Shown: positions 28,708-41,826 of the stretch, one piece after another
Position numbering within the stretch: the stretch's first letter is position 1
Layout of the letters: every line of letters begins with the position of its first letter
Assembly (NCBI GenBank): GCA_038231275.1
Contig: JBBRLQ010000004.1
Location: 32,001 to 96,000 of the forward strand
Length of the DNA stretch: 64,000 nt
Direction: 5' to 3'
Origin: Polyangiales bacterium
Lineage (GTDB): Bacteria > Myxococcota_A > Polyangia > Polyangiales > Polyangiaceae
Notes under the pieces: generated by a model
Database searches by the model: none
The model's input: only the letters and a program-made list of their open reading frames with translations
What the model was told of the DNA's origin: nothing
Position numbers and translations under genes: made by a program

Positions 28708-30116
28708 CGCCGTAGATCCATTCCAACCGCGGTTTCCAGCTGAAATACCGCGGTCCAGTAGTTGGTCAGGGTCGTGAGGTAGTCGAGGTTCGTGGCGATG
28801 AAGGTGCGCTGCGCGTCGAGGTAGTCCATGAGCGGCGCGGAGCCTGCATCGTACTGGCGCTTGGTGATGTCCCTCGCAACCTTGGCCCGCGCGAGGAACT
28901 GCGCGTCGTAGCGCTCCATGATGCGGCGCGTGGTCGCGAAGGTGCTGAACGCGCCTTCGACGTCGTTGACGACCTGCGCCTCGAGCTTGCTCCGGGCGAC
29001 CGACTGGGTCATCAGGTCCGCCTCCGCGCGCTTGATCTCGCCCTGCTGCTGGTAGAATAGCGGCAAGGGCGTGCTGATGCCGAAGAAGAGCGCAGGCGGG
29101 GCGACGGCGGCCGAGCTCGTGCCGATCTGGCTGTACTGCGCCTGGAGCGCCACGTCGGGGAAGCGCGTCCGCTTGGCGAGCTCGATCGAGTTCGATGCGC
29201 GCTCCTTCTGGTAGCCGAGCGCCTTCAGGTCAGGGCGGTGGTCGTACGCTTCGCGGCGGAGCGCTTCGGGCCCCGCGGCGACGAGGCGCGCCGGCACACC
29301 GAACCTGGCGAACTCGTCGCTCACCTGGAACTCGGGGATGTTGCCGCGGATGCCGAGCAAAAATCCGAGATCGATCTGCGTCTGACGGAGCTGCTGCTTG
29401 GCGCGATCGAGCGCGTTGTCGGCGGCGTACTTCGTCGTCTCGATGCGCGCGAGGGCGCCCTCGTCGATGACGCGCGGGTAGCGCAGTTTGTTTAGATCGA
29501 GGGTCTGGGTCGACGAGTCCGCCACCTCTTTGGTGAAGTCGACGGTCGCCTTGGCGAGGGCGACGGTGACGTACTGCTGCTTCACCTGGAACTCGAGGGT
29601 GCGGTACGCGTCCGCCTTGTTCATCTTCGCGGCCTTGAGCGCGGCGGCGGCGACCGCCTTGCGCGCCTGACGCTTGCCGGCGAGCGTGTCCCCGATGATG
29701 GACGCGTTGTCGGTCACGCCGACCTGGAAGCCCCACGCGTCGCATCCCGAGCACCCGCTCGAGTAGCCGGGGAGGATCGTGACGCCGCCGTTGATGCCGG
29801 GGTTCGGGATCGCCCCGGCGGTGACCTCGTCCGCCTCGGCCGATTTGACCTGTGCCTCCGCGAGCAGAAGATCGAACCCACGCGCGCGGAACAGGCGCAG
29901 CGACTCGTCGAGGGTGAGGCTCTGCGGGATCTCGGGCGACGGAGACGAGGACGCGTCCGGCGGCGGCGGTTGCTGCGGGGGAGCTTGCTCTTGCGCGCGC
30001 GCCGCGGGCGTGAGCCCGGCGGTCGCGAGGATGGCGAAGAGCACCGCGGCCGCGCGAGCGATGGCGGCGCGGCGGATCCTTCGCGCGGGAGCTTGGCCCC
30101 CTGCTCGTCGATTCAT
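28704..30116 (-). CDS. TolC family outer-membrane efflux protein, system 2
   Basis: Signal peptide ending ARA-Q, RPDL, PLPLFYQQQGEI and YDAG...LMDYLDAQRT. ATG chosen at 30116. Confidence 0.9.
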   Translation of the reverse strand: MNRRAGGQAPARRIRRAAIARAAAVLFAILATAGLTPAARAQEQAPPQQPPPPDASSSPSPEIPQSLTLDESLRLFRARGFDLLLAEAQVKSAEADEVTAGAIPNPGINGGVTILPGYSSGCSGCDAWGFQVGVTDNASIIGDTLAGKRQARKAVAAAALKAAKMNKADAYRTLEFQVKQQYVTVALAKATVDFTKEVADSSTQTLDLNKLRYPRVIDEGALARIETTKYAADNALDRAKQQLRQTQIDLGFLLGIRGNIPEFQVSDEFARFGVPARLVAAGPEALRREAYDHRPDLKALGYQKERASNSIELAKRTRFPDVALQAQYSQIGTSSAAVAPPALFFGISTPLPLFYQQQGEIKRAEADLMTQSVARSKLEAQVVNDVEGAFSTFATTRRIMERYDAQFLARAKVARDITKRQYDAGSAPLMDYLDAQRTFIATNLDYLTTLTNYWTAVFQLETAVGMDLRR

Positions 30117-30295
30117 GGCGCGAGCCCTATAGCAACCTGTAGACCAGCGGCGGACATCGAAAGTTACCGGCATTTTCGCGGTCATTCCTGCAGAGTTTAG
30201 ACAAAGTGCCCCGTTCCGAAGCGCGGCGCGGGACAGGTGTACCCATTGCGGCGCGGACGTCGGGTCCGTGCGCGAATCGGTTAACCCCAGTTTCC

Positions 30296-30325
30296 AAAAA
30301 ATTCCGGGGACGTGAGGCCGTCCCC
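30296..30325 (-). terminator. putative intrinsic terminator of parC-parE
   Basis: Minus strand GGGGACG-GCCTCA-CGTCCCC followed by GGAATTTTTT, about 90 nt after the parE stop. Confidence 0.5.
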
Positions 30326-30415
30326 CGCGAACCACGACGATTCGACGTGATCTCTAGAGCACGACGCGCGCCAAAAGGCGGCGCCGGATGCAGCGACCAG
30401 CGATGGTGCGCTCGA

Positions 30416-32350
30416 TCAGACGTCGAGATCGTCCGCCGACGTCTCTCGCGAGCGATCCATGATGAACTTGAAGCGCGCCTGGGCGTCTTTCCCCATCAGC
30501 TCGTTCAAGACGCGATCGGTCTCGAGCTCGCTCGTGATCCCGACGCGAAGCGCGCGGCGACGGCTCTTGTCGAGGGTCGTCGCCTTGAGATCCTCGGGGT
30601 TCATTTCACCCAAGCCTTTGAAGCGCGTGATCTCGACCTTCGCGTTCTTCGGCAGGCTGGCGATGAGCTTGTCGCGCTCGACTTCGTCGAGGACCCAGTG
30701 CGTCTCCTTGCCATGATCGATGCGGAACAGCGGCGGCCTCGGGAGGTACACATGGCCGCCGCGAATCAGGCCGGGCAGCTGCCGGTAGAAGAAGGTGAGG
30801 AGAAGCGTCGTGATGTGGTGGCCGTCGCTGTCGGCGTCCATCAAGAGGAACACCTTGCCGTAGCGGAGGCGCGCGATGTCGAACGTCGGGCCCATGCCGC
30901 AGCCGAGCGCCTGGACGATGTCCTGCAGCTCCTTGTTGTTCAGCACCTTCGACGACGACGCTTGCTCGGCGTTCAGAACCTTGCCGCGAAGCGGGAGGAT
31001 CGCCTGCGTGCGCCGGTCCCTCCCCTGCTTCGCCGAGCCGCCTGCGCTGTCGCCCTCGACGATGAACAGCTCGCTCTCGCTCGGGTCGGTGCTCGCACAA
31101 TCCGCGAGCTTTCCCGGCAAATTCATCCGGTGAGACACGGCGCCCTTGCGGGTCACCTGCTGCGTCGCTTCGCGGCGCGCTTCCCTCGCGCGCGCGGCGA
31201 GGAGGCCGCGCATCACGATCTGCTCGGCCGTCGAACCGTTCTCGAGGAGCCACTGCTCGAGCGCCGGACGCACGATCGCCTCGACCTGGGCGGCGACCTC
31301 GGGGTTGTTCAGGCGATCCTTGGTCTGCCCCTGGAACTGCGGCGCGGACACGTACGTGGAGAGGAGCGCGACGAGGCCTTCGCGGATGTCCTCGGCGCTC
31401 AGCGTGACGCCGGGCGTCTTGATCGCCTTGGTCTCGATGAAGCCGCGCACCGCTTTCACGATCGCCGACAGGAGGCCGCTCACGTGCGTGCCGCCGTTCG
31501 CCGTCGGAATGCCGTTCACGTACGCGCGCACGTGCTCATCGGGCGACTCGGTCCACTGGAGCGCGAGCTCGAGGCGGAACGGCGCCTCGCCGGGGGCCGC
31601 GTGCAGCTCGCGCGTGACGAAGAACTGCTGCGCGTGGCTCACCGCCTTGCCGCGGCGGTTCACGAGGATCGGCAGATAGTCGGCGATGCCCTGCGGGTGG
31701 AGGAAGGTGTGCTCCTCTTTCGTGCCGGCGTTCACGTAGCGGACGGTGAGCCCGCCGTGCAGGTATGCCTTCGTCTCGAGGCGCTCGCGGATCGTCTCGC
31801 TGTCGAAGCGGAGCTTCTCGCCGAAGATCTGCGTGTCGGGGCGGAAGTGGATCTGTGTCCCGCGTTTCCGGACCTTCGCGCCCTTCTTGAGCGCGGTCTT
31901 GCGGACTCCGCGCGAGAACGATTGCTTGTATTCTACACCCTCACGCCACACCGTGACGTCGAGCGTCTCGGAGAGCGCGTTGACGACGCTCGAGCCGACG
32001 CCGTGGAGGCCGCCCGACACCTTGTAGCTGCCGCCGCCGAATTTGCCGCCCGCGTGGAGCGTCCCGAGGATGATCTCGAGCGCAGGCTTCTTGAACTTCG
32101 GGTGCATGTCGATGGGCATCCCGCGCCCGTCGTCGGTGACGGTCACGCCTTTGCCGTCGGCGTCGAGGACGACGTCGATGTTCTCGGCGTGGCCGTTGAT
32201 CGCCTCGTCGATCGAGTTGTCGACGATCTCCCACAGGAGGTGGTGGTAGCCGTCGGCGCCGGTGCCGCCGATGTACATCGCGGGGCGTTTGCGGACCGGC
32301 TCGAGGCCCTCGAGGACCTCGATGTCCTTCGCGCTGTAGCTCGTGGCCAT
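30416..32350 (-). CDS. parE: type IIA topoisomerase B subunit (topoisomerase IV, ParE)
   Basis: [54 protein letters not shown] and RFKGLGEM. Coupled to an A subunit that lacks the GyrA box. Confidence 0.85.
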   Translation of the reverse strand: MATSYSAKDIEVLEGLEPVRKRPAMYIGGTGADGYHHLLWEIVDNSIDEAINGHAENIDVVLDADGKGVTVTDDGRGMPIDMHPKFKKPALEIILGTLHAGGKFGGGSYKVSGGLHGVGSSVVNALSETLDVTVWREGVEYKQSFSRGVRKTALKKGAKVRKRGTQIHFRPDTQIFGEKLRFDSETIRERLETKAYLHGGLTVRYVNAGTKEEHTFLHPQGIADYLPILVNRRGKAVSHAQQFFVTRELHAAPGEAPFRLELALQWTESPDEHVRAYVNGIPTANGGTHVSGLLSAIVKAVRGFIETKAIKTPGVTLSAEDIREGLVALLSTYVSAPQFQGQTKDRLNNPEVAAQVEAIVRPALEQWLLENGSTAEQIVMRGLLAARAREARREATQQVTRKGAVSHRMNLPGKLADCASTDPSESELFIVEGDSAGGSAKQGRDRRTQAILPLRGKVLNAEQASSSKVLNNKELQDIVQALGCGMGPTFDIARLRYGKVFLLMDADSDGHHITTLLLTFFYRQLPGLIRGGHVYLPRPPLFRIDHGKETHWVLDEVERDKLIASLPKNAKVEITRFKGLGEMNPEDLKATTLDKSRRRALRVGITSELETDRVLNELMGKDAQARFKFIMDRSRETSADDLDV

Positions 32351-32351
32351 G

Positions 32352-34844
<2,493 letters not shown>

Positions 34845-34964
34845 TTCATCTCCGGCATATTGCCCGGGGAGCTAGCCCGGGGGGTGAACGCCTGTCAAGT
34901 TAGACGCGACCCCGGATTCGGCAGGAGGGCCAAGTTTTCGGCGCGTGGTAGCGTCCACGTCCGC

Positions 34965-35672
34965 ATGGGGAAGCGGGTCGTGATCGGGATCGTGCTCGTC
35001 GTCGCGATCGCGGGCGTCCTCGCCTGGGTGCGGCGCGATTCGGATCGGGGCGCGGGCTCGGGCTCGGCTTCCATTGCGAACGCGACGGCGACGGGCGGCT
35101 CCGGAGAAGCGCTGCGCGACGTTCCCGTTCAGGCCGGACGCGGATCGGTCATCGATCGGGCGCGCGCGGACAAGATGAGAGAAGAGATCCGGCGGCTCCT
35201 CGCCGAAGCAGGCCCGGCGAGCGCGCCCGAACCGACCGCTGCGGCGTGGAACGGTCCCGTCAGCGCAACAGGGCGACCCCTCGCGCCGATGCCGGTGCCA
35301 GGCCCTTCGTTTCCCATCGGCGACGGCGGGATGGATCCGCTCGCCGCATACATCCGCGAGCGCGTCCGCGAGGACTTCATGCCGCTCGCCGCCAAGTGCT
35401 ACGAAAACGAGCTCGAGAAGAACCCGAAGCTCGCCGGACGCGCGACGGTCAAATTCAAGATCGTCGGCGACAAGCGCGTCGGCGGCGTCGTCGACAGCGC
35501 GAACATCGACACGAAGACCAGCGATCTCCTCGCGCCGTCGTTCGTGCAGTGCATGAGCGAGTCGATGATGAGCGTCAGCTTCGGCGCGCCGCCGGACGGC
35601 CACCCCACGACCACCGTCGACTACCCGTTCGAGTTCAGCCCCGACGAGCCCGACGCAGCGCCTGCCCGCTGA
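34965..35672 (+). CDS. single-pass membrane protein with AgmX/PglI (TonB-C-like) C-terminal domain
   Basis: N-terminal TM helix; CYENELEKNPKLAGRATVKFKI...QC...F.AP....VDYPFEF pattern. Confidence 0.75.
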   Translation: MGKRVVIGIVLVVAIAGVLAWVRRDSDRGAGSGSASIANATATGGSGEALRDVPVQAGRGSVIDRARADKMREEIRRLLAEAGPASAPEPTAAAWNGPVSATGRPLAPMPVPGPSFPIGDGGMDPLAAYIRERVREDFMPLAAKCYENELEKNPKLAGRATVKFKIVGDKRVGGVVDSANIDTKTSDLLAPSFVQCMSESMMSVSFGAPPDGHPTTTVDYPFEFSPDEPDAAPAR

Positions 35673-35684
35673 CCCGCTACGTCG

Positions 35685-37151
35685 TCAGCGATTGTTCTCC
35701 ATCACGGCCGACGCGCGCAGCGTCGCGTTGGGGGCGAGGAGCGGCGCGCGGAGGAAAGTCGACGACGTGAGATCGAAGCCGGTCACCGCGGGATAGCGCG
35801 TGAGCAGAACCTCGTAGCTGGCGATGTCATCCTCGTCGACGATCACGACGACAGGCGTGCGCAAGAGCGTGCCGCTCGGCGGGACCCACGCCGAGAGCGC
35901 AGGAGGGAGCTGCGGACCCTGCACGCCGGTCGTGCCCGGCGGGAAGATGAAGCTCCAGCCCACGTTGTCGTTTCCGGCGATCCACTTGATGCGCGCGAAG
36001 CCGCCGTCGGCGCCGGTGAACGGACCGGCCGCCGTCCACGCCAGCTTCGGGTGGGCGAGGTCGGCGCCGTCGACGGTCGACGCCGTGAACGCCGGGAAGA
36101 GGCTCGCGAGGTCCATCGACACCGTGGAGTCCGACGGCTGCGGCGCCATCGACTTCGCGATGAGCGTGTCGGTGACGATGCTGCCCGCCGTCGCGTCGAC
36201 GGTCCACTGCGTCTGCATCGCGTCCGAGTACCCAGGGAAAATTCGCACGGACGTGTTGCCCGCGCCTCCCGTCGATCCGGCGCCGCTCTCCTGATGGAGC
36301 AGTACTGCCGAGGCGATCTCCGCGTTCGACATGAGCACCGACTGCGTCGACGCCGGCGCGTTCTTGAACGCGAGGGTCAGCGCACCGATGGTGGGCGACC
36401 ACGCCGAGAGGCCCGTGATCTGCGCAGTGCCGCCGTCGGTGGTGAGCGGGTTGTCCTTCTTGAACGCGAACGCCGCGAGCTGGTTCGAGTCGTTGTACCC
36501 GAGCACGACCGCCGGAGCCTTCCCCTTGGCCTGGCAGCTCGGGATGAGAGAGACCTGGATCGGGGTCTGCGAAAAGCCGCTGGGGCAGTCGCCGACCTGT
36601 GCGGTGAAAGAGAGGACTCCCGGGGGCGGGTTCGCCGGAACGTCGATCGACACCGAACCCGCGCTCGGCGGAAATCCGACGTCGAACGCCACGATCTCGT
36701 CGCCGTTCTTGATGCCTAGGAAGGTGACGAGCTCGCGCACCCCGATGCCGCCCACCGCCACCGTGACCATCGTCCCGTCCGCGACGGTGCGCTGCGCACG
36801 TCCGAGCGCGTCGGTCGTCTTCGCTTCGACGATGGCGCCTGCCGCGTCTTGAAACACGACGGCCACGCCCGCCTTCGGCAGACCGTCCAGCCCGATCACC
36901 GTGACGTTCGCCGTGGAAGGCGCGGCGTCCGCGGCGTCACCCCCGTCGGGCGGCGGCGGCGGCGGCGGCAGCGTGGTGTCGGGCAGCGCGCCGTCCGGGA
37001 GCGCCGAGTCGAAGTCGACGTGCGAGTCGAATCCGTTGCCCCCGTCGAACGCCTGTTGCCCCAGCGGGTCGGGGCTCGAGGTCACACAAGCGAACGGGAG
37101 GAAGACCGTCGACGACAGGAGCAACGCACGGCGAAGGACGTTCGAACGCAT
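35685..37151 (-). CDS. hypothetical lipoprotein (beta-sandwich domains)
   Basis: Lipobox PFAC, DGG/poly-Pro linker and a carboxypeptidase-regulatory-like GVAVVF..TTDALG segment. Confidence 0.7.
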   Translation of the reverse strand: MRSNVLRRALLLSSTVFLPFACVTSSPDPLGQQAFDGGNGFDSHVDFDSALPDGALPDTTLPPPPPPPDGGDAADAAPSTANVTVIGLDGLPKAGVAVVFQDAAGAIVEAKTTDALGRAQRTVADGTMVTVAVGGIGVRELVTFLGIKNGDEIVAFDVGFPPSAGSVSIDVPANPPPGVLSFTAQVGDCPSGFSQTPIQVSLIPSCQAKGKAPAVVLGYNDSNQLAAFAFKKDNPLTTDGGTAQITGLSAWSPTIGALTLAFKNAPASTQSVLMSNAEIASAVLLHQESGAGSTGGAGNTSVRIFPGYSDAMQTQWTVDATAGSIVTDTLIAKSMAPQPSDSTVSMDLASLFPAFTASTVDGADLAHPKLAWTAAGPFTGADGGFARIKWIAGNDNVGWSFIFPPGTTGVQGPQLPPALSAWVPPSGTLLRTPVVVIVDEDDIASYEVLLTRYPAVTGFDLTSSTFLRAPLLAPNATLRASAVMENNR

Positions 37152-37240
37152 CTGGTCAGCATGCGTGAGGCCCCGTCAGCTCGCAACCTCCTCCGTTGTC
37201 ACCCGTTCGGCGACTGCCCACGCTATGCTCCCGAGCGCGC

Positions 37241-38455
37241 ATGATCCGGCGCCCGCAGACCATCCTCGCGCTCCTCACGGCGCTGAACCTTCTCAACTAC
37301 CTCGATCGCCTGGTCGTGTCGGCGGTGTTGCCGAAGGTGCGCGACGAGCTGCACCTCTCGAACTTCGTCGCCGGCTCGCTGGCGACCGTGTTCCTCCTCG
37401 GCTACTTCGCGACGAGCCCCATCTTCGGCGCGCTCGCCGACAGAGGCGCGAGGAAGGGGCTCATCGCGTTGGGTGTCGCGGTGTGGAGCGTCGCCACGTT
37501 TGCGTCGGGCCTCGCGAGCGGCGCCGCGTCGCTGGTCGCCGCGCGCGCGATGGTCGGGGTCGGCGAGGCGAGCTACGCGACGCTCGCGCCGACCATCATC
37601 GACGACGCCGCCCCCGCCGATCGCAAGGGACGCTGGCTGGCCGTCTTCTACGTAGCGATGCCGATCGGCGGCGCGCTCGGCTACCTCGTCGGTGGCTTCG
37701 TCGAAAAACACTGGGGCTGGCGCCACGCGTTCTACGTCGCGGGCGGACCGGGCATCGTGCTCGCGGCGGTCTGTCTCTTGATCAAAGAGCCCGTGCGCAG
37801 CAAGCTCGCCGTGAAGGCCGACATCGCCGGCAACGCGGCAAAGCTCTGGGCCATCGATCTCTATCGACGCGGTGTCCTCGGCTACTGCGCGTACACGTTC
37901 GCGATCGGCGGCTTCTCGTTCTGGGCGCCGACGTTCCTCCACGATCGCTACGGCCTCGAGCTGGCGACGGCGAACTTTCGGTTCGGCCTCATCACCGTTC
38001 TGGGCGGCGCCATCGGAACCACCCTCGGTGGGACGTGGGCCGATCGCGCGCTGAAACGAATCGGGGCGACCGACGACACGAGCATCGCGCGCGTGAACCT
38101 CCGCGTGTGCGCGATCGGATCGCTCGTCGGCGTACCGCTCACGATCGCCTGCTTCCTCGCGCCGACCGCGAACATGTTCTTCGCCATCGTGCTATTCGCC
38201 GAGATCGCGCTCTTCTTGAACACGTCGCCGATCAACGCGGTCGTCCTCCGCAGCTCGCCGGTCGAGATCCGCGCGAGCGCGATGGCGCTCAGCATCTTCG
38301 CGATCCACCTCCTCGGCGACTTGTGGTCGCCCCCCTTCATAGGCCTCCTCGCCGACCATTTCCCCATGCAGTGGGCCATGATGACGATCCCGGTGGCCAT
38401 CGCGGTCTCTGCCGTTCTGTGGCGACCCCCCCCGGTCGCTGGTACTCTGCAATGA
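37241..38455 (+). CDS. MFS transporter, Spinster-like
   Basis: LNLLNYLDR, GALADR..RK, R..VGVGEASY.TLAPTII.D and IHLLGD..SP Spinster signatures. Confidence 0.88.
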   Translation: MIRRPQTILALLTALNLLNYLDRLVVSAVLPKVRDELHLSNFVAGSLATVFLLGYFATSPIFGALADRGARKGLIALGVAVWSVATFASGLASGAASLVAARAMVGVGEASYATLAPTIIDDAAPADRKGRWLAVFYVAMPIGGALGYLVGGFVEKHWGWRHAFYVAGGPGIVLAAVCLLIKEPVRSKLAVKADIAGNAAKLWAIDLYRRGVLGYCAYTFAIGGFSFWAPTFLHDRYGLELATANFRFGLITVLGGAIGTTLGGTWADRALKRIGATDDTSIARVNLRVCAIGSLVGVPLTIACFLAPTANMFFAIVLFAEIALFLNTSPINAVVLRSSPVEIRASAMALSIFAIHLLGDLWSPPFIGLLADHFPMQWAMMTIPVAIAVSAVLWRPPPVAGTLQ

Positions 38456-39105
38456 TGGGCAAACCGCTTGTCTTCGCCTCGATGGTGACGATCCTCTCGG
38501 CCTTGGCAGCGCTCCCCGTCGCGTGCGGAGGGAGCGACACGACGATCGGCGGCGACGCGCCGGACGCGACCGGTGGCACGGACGGACCCGTGAACGGCAA
38601 CGACGGCGCGAGCGGGACGGACACAGGATCGGGCAACGACGGCGCGACCGGCGGCGACAGCGCGGTGCCCGACGGAGGCCGACGGCGCGACGCGGGCAAC
38701 GACTCCGGCGGCAACGACGCGGCAGGAAACGACGGGGGCCCGACCGACGCTGCGGTCGACGCGCCGCTCTACGATGGCGGCCCCCTCAACGGCTGCACAC
38801 CTGGCAACTACACGGATCGAACGAACGGCGGTCAGGTGCAGCGGACGATCACGTTCCCGGTCGGCGTGCCTGGCAACTTCACGTACTCGGTGCCGTGCAT
38901 GCGCATCAAGGCGGGCCAGACGGTGCAGTTCGACGGCAACTTCGCCAATCACCCGCTCACGCCCGGCGGAGGCACGGTGCCTACGCCGATGACACTGACG
39001 AACAGCGGCCTCACGCAGCAGTTCACGTTCCCGACCGGGGGAACGTACGGCTACCACTGCGGGGTGCACGCCACGATGGTCGGCTCGATCGAGGTCGTGA
39101 ATTAG
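38452..39105 (+). CDS. lipoprotein with C-terminal type-1 copper (cupredoxin) domain
   Basis: Lipobox PVAC, long D-G-rich linker, NHPL and YGYHCGVHATMVGSIEV ligands. ATGA overlap with the MFS gene. Confidence 0.85.
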   Translation: MMGKPLVFASMVTILSALAALPVACGGSDTTIGGDAPDATGGTDGPVNGNDGASGTDTGSGNDGATGGDSAVPDGGRRRDAGNDSGGNDAAGNDGGPTDAAVDAPLYDGGPLNGCTPGNYTDRTNGGQVQRTITFPVGVPGNFTYSVPCMRIKAGQTVQFDGNFANHPLTPGGGTVPTPMTLTNSGLTQQFTFPTGGTYGYHCGVHATMVGSIEVVN

Positions 39106-39247
39106 GCGAGCGCATTCTGCTCGTGTGATCGCACCTGTATCCGCCGAGTCCGGCGGGTGTATCGCGAGACAGGGGCGGCGCGGCGCGCGGATTCACGAAC
39201 GATTTTCGGGGAAAGGGGCTGGCCCTCTCCTTGCTGAAGGGAGTCCC

Positions 39248-39646
39248 ATGAACCTCCTCCCGCACGCGCTCGGCATCTCCCTCATCGCGCTCGGCCACGA
39301 CGACACGTCGTTCCTCCTCAAGATGGGCGACGCATCGACCCTGCTCGAACGCGCGACGCTCACGGTCGACGACACCGGCGTGAGCCTCCACGCGAAGAGC
39401 AAGTCCCCGATCGGGCACGCGGTGGCTCCGATCGACGAAATGGTCGTGACGGTGTTCATCGGACATGACTGGGAGACGTGGACGGTCACGCTCAGCGGCG
39501 ATCTCGACGTGAAAGGGCTGCGCCTCCAGCACGCGTTCGCGACGATCGACGAGGACGGCTACACGGTCCGCGGCGCCGCGTCGTCGAGCCGCCAGGTGGA
39601 GCTCGAGATGAACCCGCGCGGCGACGTGCTCATGAGCTTCTTCTGA
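39248..39646 (+). CDS. hypothetical protein
   Basis: RBS-like AAGGGAG before the ATG, host-like codon usage and a beta-rich sequence; no recognised family. Confidence 0.6.
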   Translation: MNLLPHALGISLIALGHDDTSFLLKMGDASTLLERATLTVDDTGVSLHAKSKSPIGHAVAPIDEMVVTVFIGHDWETWTVTLSGDLDVKGLRLQHAFATIDEDGYTVRGAASSSRQVELEMNPRGDVLMSFF

Positions 39647-39732
39647 GGTGGTTCTACTTGGCTCGCCACTCGATTGCCGCGAGCGCGAATGCGCACGTGT
39701 CTGCGCCATTGCATCTCCTCTATGATCGCGTC

Positions 39733-41748
39733 ATGCGCGCGCTCTACCTCGGTTGCATCGTTGTTCTCTGTGCTTGCGCGTCGCCACCGCCTCCTCCCAA
39801 CGTGCCGGCACCGGCTGGCCCCCCTTCGACACCTGCGTCTGTTCCGCCGCCGCCGGTCGAAACGCTCGCAACAGACACGAGGATGACCACGGTCGAGGGC
39901 GCGACGTTCATGGCCCCTGCGGGGTGGCGAATTCTCGTGCGCGGCCCGGCGACGATCATCGAAGCCCCAGAGGGCGACTCGCACATGGCTCTCGTCGACG
40001 TGCATGCGAAGGACGCCGACGCGGCCGCCGCCGCGGCGTGGGCCGCGTACCGCCCCGATGCGAAGTGGCCGCTCAAGACGTCCACCGACGTGGCGAACAA
40101 GGACGGCTGGACCGACGCCCGCTGGTACGTCTACCAAACGTCGCCGAACGAGAAGCGTGACGTAGAGGTCGTGGTGCGTCACGCCGGCGACGTATGGACC
40201 GCGGTCATCTACGACATGACGCACGCGGTGGGGGACAAGCGGCTGGCCGCCGAGACTCTCGTCTTGTCCCATATCCTCCCGAAGGGCTACGTGCGCGAGT
40301 CGTTCGCCGGGAAGAAAGCGAATCGCCTCGATTCGGCGCACGTCGCGCTGCTGACCGCGTGGACCCAGGCGGCCATGAAGGAGCTCGAGGTGCCGGGTGT
40401 GGCGATCGGCCTCGTCCAAGACGGCAAGGTGGTGTTCGCCGATGGCTTCGGCGTGCGTGACGTGGGCAGCAAGGAGAAGCCGGACGGCGACACGCTTTTC
40501 ATGATCGCCTCGAACACCAAGGCGTTGACGACGCTGATGCTCGCGAAGCTCGTCGACGAGAAGAAGCTCACGTGGGACACGCCGGTGACGCAACTGCTCC
40601 CGACCTTCAAGCTCGGCAACGAGGAGACGACGCGCCAGGTGCTCGTGAAACACTTGATTTGTGCGTGTACGGGCATGCCGCGGCAAGACTTCGAGTGGTA
40701 CTTCAATTTCAAGGGTATGACGCCCGAAGGGGCGATGGCGACCCTCGCCACGATGCAGCCGATGACGAAGTTCGGCGAGATGTTCCAATACTCGAACCCG
40801 CTCGCTGGCGCAGCGGGCTACGTGGGCGGCCACGTCCTCTATCCGAAGGTCGAGCTCGGCACAGCCTACGACGAAGCGATGCGCACGCGCGTCTTCGAGC
40901 CACTGGGAATGAAGAGCACGACGTTCGACTATGCCAAAGCGCTCAAAGGCAACCACACCTCCTGTCACGCGCGGGACGTCGACGGCAAGGTGACCCGAAT
41001 GATGACGGAGATTACCTACTCCATCGTCCCGCTTCGACCCGCGGGCGCCGCGTGGAGCAGTGTGCGTGATCTGCTCGCGTACGTCTCCGTCGAGCTCGCG
41101 GAGGGAACCCTGCCGAACGGCGCTCGCTACATCGGCAAGGAGGCGCTCCTTCAGCGACGCGTGCCGCAGGTGTCCATCGATCAAGACGAGACCTACGGCA
41201 TGGGGCTCGAAGTAAACACCAAGTACGGCACGCCGGTGGTGCACCACGGCGGCGATCTCTACGGCTTTCACAGCGACATGATGTGGCTGCCGGAACAGAA
41301 TGTCGGCGCGGTGGTGCTGACCAACGCGACCACGGGCCGCGTCCTGCGTGACGGGTTCCGGCGGAAGCTCCTCGAGGTTCTCTTCGATGGAAAGCCGGAG
41401 GCGGACGCGGACGTCGCGCAGGGGGCCAAGGAGATCTTCGCGGCGCTCGCCGCCGAACGAAAGCTGCTTACGGTACCGGCGGACCCCGGCGAGGCCGCGA
41501 AGCTCGCGCGGCGCTACACGAACGACGCGCTTGGCGAGATTGCCGTGAGCCAAACGGGCGGCGTCACGACGTTCCATTTCGGCGGGTGGAAGAGCGAGGT
41601 CGCCACCCGCAAGAACCCGGACGGAACGCTGTCGTTCGTCGCCATCGCGCCGGGCGCAGGACGCCCCGTCTTCGTCGTAGGCGGTGGTGCCAAGCGCACG
41701 CTCGTCTTGCGCGACGCGCAGCACGAATATGTTTTCTCGGAGCTGTGA
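39733..41748 (+). CDS. serine hydrolase lipoprotein (class C beta-lactamase / peptidase S12 family)
   Basis: Lipobox LCAC; IASNTK (SxxK), FQYSN (YxN) and HHGG motifs. Confidence 0.88.
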   Translation: MRALYLGCIVVLCACASPPPPPNVPAPAGPPSTPASVPPPPVETLATDTRMTTVEGATFMAPAGWRILVRGPATIIEAPEGDSHMALVDVHAKDADAAAAAAWAAYRPDAKWPLKTSTDVANKDGWTDARWYVYQTSPNEKRDVEVVVRHAGDVWTAVIYDMTHAVGDKRLAAETLVLSHILPKGYVRESFAGKKANRLDSAHVALLTAWTQAAMKELEVPGVAIGLVQDGKVVFADGFGVRDVGSKEKPDGDTLFMIASNTKALTTLMLAKLVDEKKLTWDTPVTQLLPTFKLGNEETTRQVLVKHLICACTGMPRQDFEWYFNFKGMTPEGAMATLATMQPMTKFGEMFQYSNPLAGAAGYVGGHVLYPKVELGTAYDEAMRTRVFEPLGMKSTTFDYAKALKGNHTSCHARDVDGKVTRMMTEITYSIVPLRPAGAAWSSVRDLLAYVSVELAEGTLPNGARYIGKEALLQRRVPQVSIDQDETYGMGLEVNTKYGTPVVHHGGDLYGFHSDMMWLPEQNVGAVVLTNATTGRVLRDGFRRKLLEVLFDGKPEADADVAQGAKEIFAALAAERKLLTVPADPGEAAKLARRYTNDALGEIAVSQTGGVTTFHFGGWKSEVATRKNPDGTLSFVAIAPGAGRPVFVVGGGAKRTLVLRDAQHEYVFSEL

Positions 41749-41826
41749 GAGATCGTCTTCGGGCCTGGATTTCCACCGGCGCCGATGCGCGCCCGAAAGC
41801 ACGGTGCCGACTCCTGGCAGCGTTGT

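Noticed and set aside
30117-30415. Metal-sensing riboswitch in the 300-nt region upstream of RND system 2
   Set aside because: Only a terminator-like hairpin was found; I recognised no riboswitch consensus. An Rfam search would settle it.
39733-41748. Antibiotic-resistance beta-lactamase
   Set aside because: SxxK, YxN and HGG motifs with extra domains fit the broad S12 serine hydrolase family; resistance cannot be inferred.
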